A stretch of DNA of 64,000 nt from IMG/VR virus record IMGVR_UViG_3300030419_005344, positions 5,712 to 69,711 of that record; one strand, given 5' to 3'. Every line of letters begins with the position of its first letter. The first letter of the stretch is position 1. The notes below the pieces were generated by a model. The model made no database searches. It saw only the letters and a list, made by a program, of their open reading frames with translations, and had not been told where the DNA came from. Origin of the DNA: a virus. The position numbers and the translations under genes are program-made. Positions 60,116 to 64,000 of the stretch are shown here, piece by piece.

Positions 60116-61380
60116 ACTACCTCCTTAAGCTGCCAAGCCTTGTAGCCTTTTCTAGTATCCCACGAACCAAACCTTTCAGTAATGTCCTCGATAAGGTTAA
60201 GCCAGTTCTTCTGGAAATCATCGTAGTTGTAATTATCTCTAACATGCTTCATGCCGAGCATGCCCAATCGTTCCCTTTCTTCAACAGGCATGTTGTAAAA
60301 GGTTCTCATGGCCTCTAGGAACTGTTCCTCACTAATTCTATCCTCGTATATGTATGGAACGGTCTGTGAGCCGATAAGGGCCTTAGCGAACGGCTCAATA
60401 CCAATGCCAAACCACTGCTCACCATCTGTGACCTGCTCTTGTAGGCCGCCGGTCATGTTAACAATGATAGGCGTTCCACAGGAAAGAGACTCAAGGGTGG
60501 CGAGGCCAAAGCCCTCGGCGTCTGAAATATTGATTGTGCAGTCCGCCATGTTGTACATCATGGATAGTGCTTCAGGGGGAAGCTTCTTGGTTGACAGCAC
60601 AACACGGCCGTCAGTCATACCCATGTCTTCTATCATTTGGTTAAGGTCTTGGCCATTGGGGTCCTTGGGGTCTGTATGCAGAATTAAACACACATTTTCA
60701 GGACCAACCTCTTCGGCAAACTTGTTAAACCAGTGCAAAAGCGTACCAGAGTGCTTGCGGCGAGCATTACGATTATTCCAAAAGAACACTGTTCGGCCTG
60801 CATGCTCTGGAAAACTTTCCTCGATGAACTTAGCAACGTGCTCTTGGTCAACCTTGCGGAAAACCTTATCGTTAACAGCATGAGGAATGTAGTAATTTTC
60901 TACCTCAGGTGCCACCTTGTCTACGATGTCATGCGTAACCTTTGAAATAGACGCGATAACATCAGTAGAACGATACCACTTGGCGTTATACTTTGGTGGA
61001 GGGTAGTTATCCCAAACATGATAGTACACCATTGGAATAAGCGGACGGATTTCGTTTTCAATCTGCCACAACCAAGGGTAGAAGCGCGGGTCCGTCATAA
61101 ACCAAAGCACATCTGGCTTCTCGGTCCAGAGCACAGAGCGAACAGACTCTGCCGAGCCGTAGCCATCTACAGGGTAAACAACCCAATCCTTCTCACCCCA
61201 TCTGTCATCTGTGATGTATTGCGGGTCGTAGTTCGGGTGCTTAATGGCGCCGCCAAAACAAATGAAACGATACTTCCCGGTAAGAATCAAAGTTTCAATA
61301 AAGTTTCGTGTCTGTGTTCCAACGCCCGATGGTGCCAACGGATGGTCGGCTAATACTAAAATAGTTTTCTTCTCGCTCAT
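60112..61380 (-). CDS. GT4-family glycosyltransferase
   Basis: 'DHPLAPSGVGTQ', 'NRNARRK', 'YNMAD...SDAEGFGLATLESL..GTPII..TGGL'. Confidence 0.88.
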   Translation of the reverse strand: MSEKKTILVLADHPLAPSGVGTQTRNFIETLILTGKYRFICFGGAIKHPNYDPQYITDDRWGEKDWVVYPVDGYGSAESVRSVLWTEKPDVLWFMTDPRFYPWLWQIENEIRPLIPMVYYHVWDNYPPPKYNAKWYRSTDVIASISKVTHDIVDKVAPEVENYYIPHAVNDKVFRKVDQEHVAKFIEESFPEHAGRTVFFWNNRNARRKHSGTLLHWFNKFAEEVGPENVCLILHTDPKDPNGQDLNQMIEDMGMTDGRVVLSTKKLPPEALSMMYNMADCTINISDAEGFGLATLESLSCGTPIIVNMTGGLQEQVTDGEQWFGIGIEPFAKALIGSQTVPYIYEDRISEEQFLEAMRTFYNMPVEERERLGMLGMKHVRDNYNYDDFQKNWLNLIEDITERFGSWDTRKGYKAWQLKEVV

Positions 61381-61387
61381 TTATTCC

Positions 61388-62152
61388 TCAACTGCAATGT
61401 TGTGTTTTGTAGAAAGCGCAGTATTTACAAGACAAGCGATTCTTGATAACTAACTTTCTTTTTATATTTATAACCGCTTTTTCAAGAAATGTCAAGGCAT
61501 TTTTTGTTTTTGTTGGGCCGCTTGTAACCCTGAATATCTCCGTATTGTTCTTCTTGGCTGTTCGCTTGAGTAGTCCAAAGTGGGTCTCCACCTTGTCTAG
61601 CGGTACTCCATGTTTCTGAGCCCAGAAATACTTATATAGTGTCAACTGATAGTTGACAATCTTGTCTGACTTTCTTCTGGAGTTCCAGCCCCATGAGGTT
61701 GTCTTCCAGTCAAGAATATGGTATTTACCGTCTTCTGTCTTTACCACGAGGTCGATGAAGCCCTTAAACTTTAAATCGTGACCTTCCATGTCCTCGTAAA
61801 GCTTCTCCTCTGTAGAAACAACTTCACAATTTTCAAAATAGTTGTCAAGTTCATCTCGGAACGAATCAACAATTGGTTCATACTGTTCCAACATTTGGTG
61901 GTAGAGGTCGTGTTCAATCTCTACTCCTTTCTTTTCTAGAGACTCAATCTCCTTTGTGAACTCATCAAGAAAATGCTTTCCTCGGTCTAAATCCTCATTC
62001 AATAGGCCGTGTTCACAAACGCTGTGTATGGCGGTCCCAAAGGCCGTATGTAGGTTGCCCTTGAAACCGTCAATCTTATCAATGTATTGTAGCTTGTGCT
62101 TACGTGGGCATTCATGCCATAGTTTTATTTCCGAATAGGAAACGTGTGCCAA
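61388..62152 (-). CDS. PD-(D/E)XK nuclease, Cas4/AddB-like with 4 Cys (Fe-S)
   Basis: 'SYS....ECP', 'GTAIH', 'GFIDL...ILDWKT', 'QL..Y', C-terminal 'CKYC......C'. Confidence 0.85.
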   Translation of the reverse strand: MAHVSYSEIKLWHECPRKHKLQYIDKIDGFKGNLHTAFGTAIHSVCEHGLLNEDLDRGKHFLDEFTKEIESLEKKGVEIEHDLYHQMLEQYEPIVDSFRDELDNYFENCEVVSTEEKLYEDMEGHDLKFKGFIDLVVKTEDGKYHILDWKTTSWGWNSRRKSDKIVNYQLTLYKYFWAQKHGVPLDKVETHFGLLKRTAKKNNTEIFRVTSGPTKTKNALTFLEKAVINIKRKLVIKNRLSCKYCAFYKTQHCS

Positions 62153-62500
62153 TTAATCCTCAGTAGAGACCTTCTTTGCTGAAGATCTAGTGCGCTTCTT
62201 CCGTGTCGGCTTGGGCTGCACTGATTTCTCTTCCTTTATTATAACAGGTTTTGCTGGCTTGTCAAGCTTTTTCTTCTCAAAAACCCAATTACCACGGATA
62301 GTGCTAAGGTTCCAGTTTTTTAATTCTGGCGGCCCAGACAGACATGCTCCAACCTCATGGCCTTCTTCTGTCAGGCGGCGTCGAACATCCTTTTGCTCTA
62401 GACCAAACTTAGGCTTTCCTGTTCGTCTGCAAAATTCCACTAATTCCACAGATACGACCAACGTATCTTGTTCTTCTGTGACTTTAAATTCTTTAATCAT
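62153..62500 (-). CDS. Hypothetical protein with a basic C-terminal tail (115 aa)
   Basis: GAAGGAG SD and an upstream ACTATTTA motif. Confidence 0.55.
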   Translation of the reverse strand: MIKEFKVTEEQDTLVVSVELVEFCRRTGKPKFGLEQKDVRRRLTEEGHEVGACLSGPPELKNWNLSTIRGNWVFEKKKLDKPAKPVIIKEEKSVQPKPTRKKRTRSSAKKVSTED

Positions 62501-63185
62501 CGTAAGTAATAACTCCTTCTATTTTATTAAATAGTTGTGGGCTTAGTCTTTTTATTTCTTCCCTGTTTCCAAGAAAATAATTTTCAAACCCTGAGGCCCA
62601 ATACTCTCTTAAACTAGTAAGTGCATAGGGGTTTGAAACAAGGCCGTTGGTTAATGGTAAAAGTTTTGAGTATCCAACATTTTTATGCAAAAATTCATCA
62701 AACTCTTCATTATATTCGGATTCTCTAAAATCATATCCCTCTGTATCGTAATCATGAGAATCAAGTATTCTCTTGAGTGTTTTCCTTTTTCCTACAAACT
62801 CATTTATGACTCTATGGTCAGCATATATAAAGTAGCCATGTGACTCTTCAATAGAGTGTGCTGTTTCGTGTATGATATTTTCCAATAAGTCATCATCCGA
62901 GAATAAGCTGTTGGTTATGTATATCGCACCATCGCGGTACACAGCCTCTAACTCTCTTTCTTCTAAAAAGTCAAAACTGCCAACCATGATGGTATCTATT
63001 TCGTTAAACAAGTCTGAAGGTATTTTTTGTTCCAACTCGTCGATAACATTCTGAACATCTATCCCGCCAACAAACGGCTCTTGAACATAAAATAATTTAC
63101 CAAAAAGATAATGTTCTTTTTGCCAATCTTGTTGAGAATCAACAGAATTAGCTATTATGTTCTGTATTCTGTCACGATGGCTCAT
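62493..63185 (-). CDS. Zincin-like metallopeptidase (HExxH)
   Basis: 'IIHETAHSIE' with a downstream 'Y...SLREYWASGFE.Y'. Start moved to ATG 63185. Confidence 0.65.
   Translation of the reverse strand: MSHRDRIQNIIANSVDSQQDWQKEHYLFGKLFYVQEPFVGGIDVQNVIDELEQKIPSDLFNEIDTIMVGSFDFLEERELEAVYRDGAIYITNSLFSDDDLLENIIHETAHSIEESHGYFIYADHRVINEFVGKRKTLKRILDSHDYDTEGYDFRESEYNEEFDEFLHKNVGYSKLLPLTNGLVSNPYALTSLREYWASGFENYFLGNREEIKRLSPQLFNKIEGVITYDD
62528..62535 (-). promoter_or_regulatory. Candidate late promoter motif ACTATTTA (embedded in the upstream CDS)
   Basis: 27 nt upstream of the ATG at 62500, the same spacing as the copy at 2471. Confidence 0.4.
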
Positions 63186-63510
63186 TATCTTGCGCCTGTT
63201 CCTTGGCAAGCTCAAAGCCGGTTTCCATGTCTGTAAAAGCTTGCCTATAGCCACGAATAAAGTTTTCTTCTGCAAGTGCCATAACGAACTCCGGGAACTC
63301 CTCTGCCATCACGCCAACGATCATTTCTACAGTCACGTCGCCGTTCCACTCTATTTCCTCCCCGGTCTCAATCTTCAACTTATTTAATTCAGTCTTATAT
63401 CTTCTTCCGGCATAGTTGACGAGCCACTCCTTTGCTTGGCTATTAGGTTCAACTTTTTCTTTTAAAGTACTTGTTTCTAATTCTATTGTATTGTTTTCTG
63501 CTGTTAGCAC
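63172..63510 (-). CDS. Hypothetical acidic protein (112 aa)
   Basis: GTG start with a strong AAAGGAGGTG SD. Confidence 0.7.
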   Translation of the reverse strand: MLTAENNTIELETSTLKEKVEPNSQAKEWLVNYAGRRYKTELNKLKIETGEEIEWNGDVTVEMIVGVMAEEFPEFVMALAEENFIRGYRQAFTDMETGFELAKEQAQDNEPS

Positions 63511-63529
63511 AAAACACCTCCTTTCTAAT

Positions 63530-63558
63530 ATATTAATTTAAATCTGTTATTTTGTCAA
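63530..63558 (-). promoter_or_regulatory. sigma70-type promoter
   Basis: TTGACA-N17-TAATAT in the intergenic gap upstream of 63510. Confidence 0.65.
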
Positions 63559-63566
63559 GAAAAAAC

Positions 63567-64000
63567 TTATAACACCTTCGCTGCAAGGGTCGCGACCTGT
63601 GAGCGCTCACCCTTTCTAAGAGTGACGTGTCCGGTAATTGCAAACTTTTTCATCTTCTCTACTGCGTGCGTGAGTCCAGACGACATTTCGTTGATATAAA
63701 TATTGTCAATCTGTTCGATATCGCCCGTAAGGACAATTTTTGTCCCTTCTCCTACTCGGGTAAGGATTGTTTTAATCTCGTGTGCTGTAAGGTTCTGAGC
63801 TTCATCAATGACAATAAATGCATTGGCAATAGAGCGGCCACGAATGTAGGTAAGCGCTTCCATCTCGATAATGCCTCTATCCATGTAGTCGTCAAGAGTG
63901 GTCTGGTCATCGCCAGTCAAGAACTTTAAGTTGTCTTGTACAGGGGCGAGCCACGGTGCCATCTTTTCTTGCATGGTGCCGGGTAGGAAGCCAATGTCCT
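63567..64000 (-). CDS. phoH: PhoH-family ATPase (5' part outside the window)
   Basis: 'DIGFLPG..EKM.PW', 'YIRGRS', 'IDEAQN', 'LTRVGEGTKIVLTGD..QID', 'SGL', 'RS'. Confidence 0.92.
   Translation of the reverse strand, partial: DIGFLPGTMQEKMAPWLAPVQDNLKFLTGDDQTTLDDYMDRGIIEMEALTYIRGRSIANAFIVIDEAQNLTAHEIKTILTRVGEGTKIVLTGDIEQIDNIYINEMSSGLTHAVEKMKKFAITGHVTLRKGERSQVATLAAKVL

Noticed and set aside
34301-61380. Bacterial O-antigen/capsule locus or prophage-host junction
   Set aside because: No wzx/wzy/ABC/initiating transferase and no integrase or att site. Genes are coupled seamlessly with phage-type genes on both sides.
61388-62152. CRISPR-Cas system suggested by the Cas4-like gene
   Set aside because: No repeat-spacer array or other cas genes are visible, and solo Cas4-like nucleases are common in phages.
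35945-63275. Long N-terminal extensions/overlaps in the ORF track (starts 36958, 48374, 48777, 49742, 52048, 53524, 63275)
   Set aside because: Downstream starts with SD sequences or stop/start coupling match the family N-termini better, so coordinates were trimmed.
659-63929. Numerous plus-strand ORFs of 60-204 aa in the ORF track (e.g. 10195-10737, 26560-27132, 27157-27771, 60308-60883)
   Set aside because: They lie antisense within long minus-strand genes, have Ser/Leu/Phe-rich shadow composition, and show no recognisable motifs.
1-64000. Stop-codon reassignment as seen in some large phages
   Set aside because: ORFs up to 3109 aa are intact in the standard code, and TAA, TAG and TGA all end genes at tight junctions.
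1-64000. tRNA, rRNA, introns, inteins, IS elements
   Set aside because: Intergenic gaps are nearly all under 90 nt, and no cloverleaf, splicing, homing-endonuclease or transposase motifs were recognised by eye.

Overview
All credible genes lie on the minus strand, densely packed and often translationally coupled (ATGA, TTGA and TAATG overlaps). The window reads as part of a large (jumbo-type) contractile-tailed bacteriophage genome, not a bacterial chromosome. In transcription order (right to left) it contains four blocks. (1) A partial phoH, a HExxH metallopeptidase-like gene and a Cas4-like PD-(D/E)XK nuclease. (2) A ~27 kb glycan-biosynthesis cluster of about 31 genes (34.3-61.4 kb). It holds GDP-fucose (gmd/fcl), NDP-rhamnose and amino-sugar modules, a UDP-sugar dehydrogenase, and an unusual ulosonic (sialic-type) acid module with neuB, two neuA, an aldolase, a SIS-HAD fusion, SDRs and cupins. 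It also holds about eight soluble glycosyltransferases, including eukaryote-associated GT29 (sialyltransferase), GT47 (exostosin) and GT77-like families, but no flippase, polymerase or initiating transferase. (3) A few small genes and a putative phage late sigma factor. (4) A ~32 kb baseplate/tail module with gp25-like, gp6/J-like and spike-like genes and giant 2501 and 3109 aa proteins. A repeated ACTATTTA motif upstream of virion genes is a candidate late promoter, and a perfect sigma70 promoter drives neuB. The main hypothesis is a phage-encoded, giant-virus-style virion glycosylation/sialylation system, with an enriched [ST]-[GA]-S tripeptide in tail proteins as a possible acceptor motif. 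All calls come from motif recognition by eye; no database searches were run.
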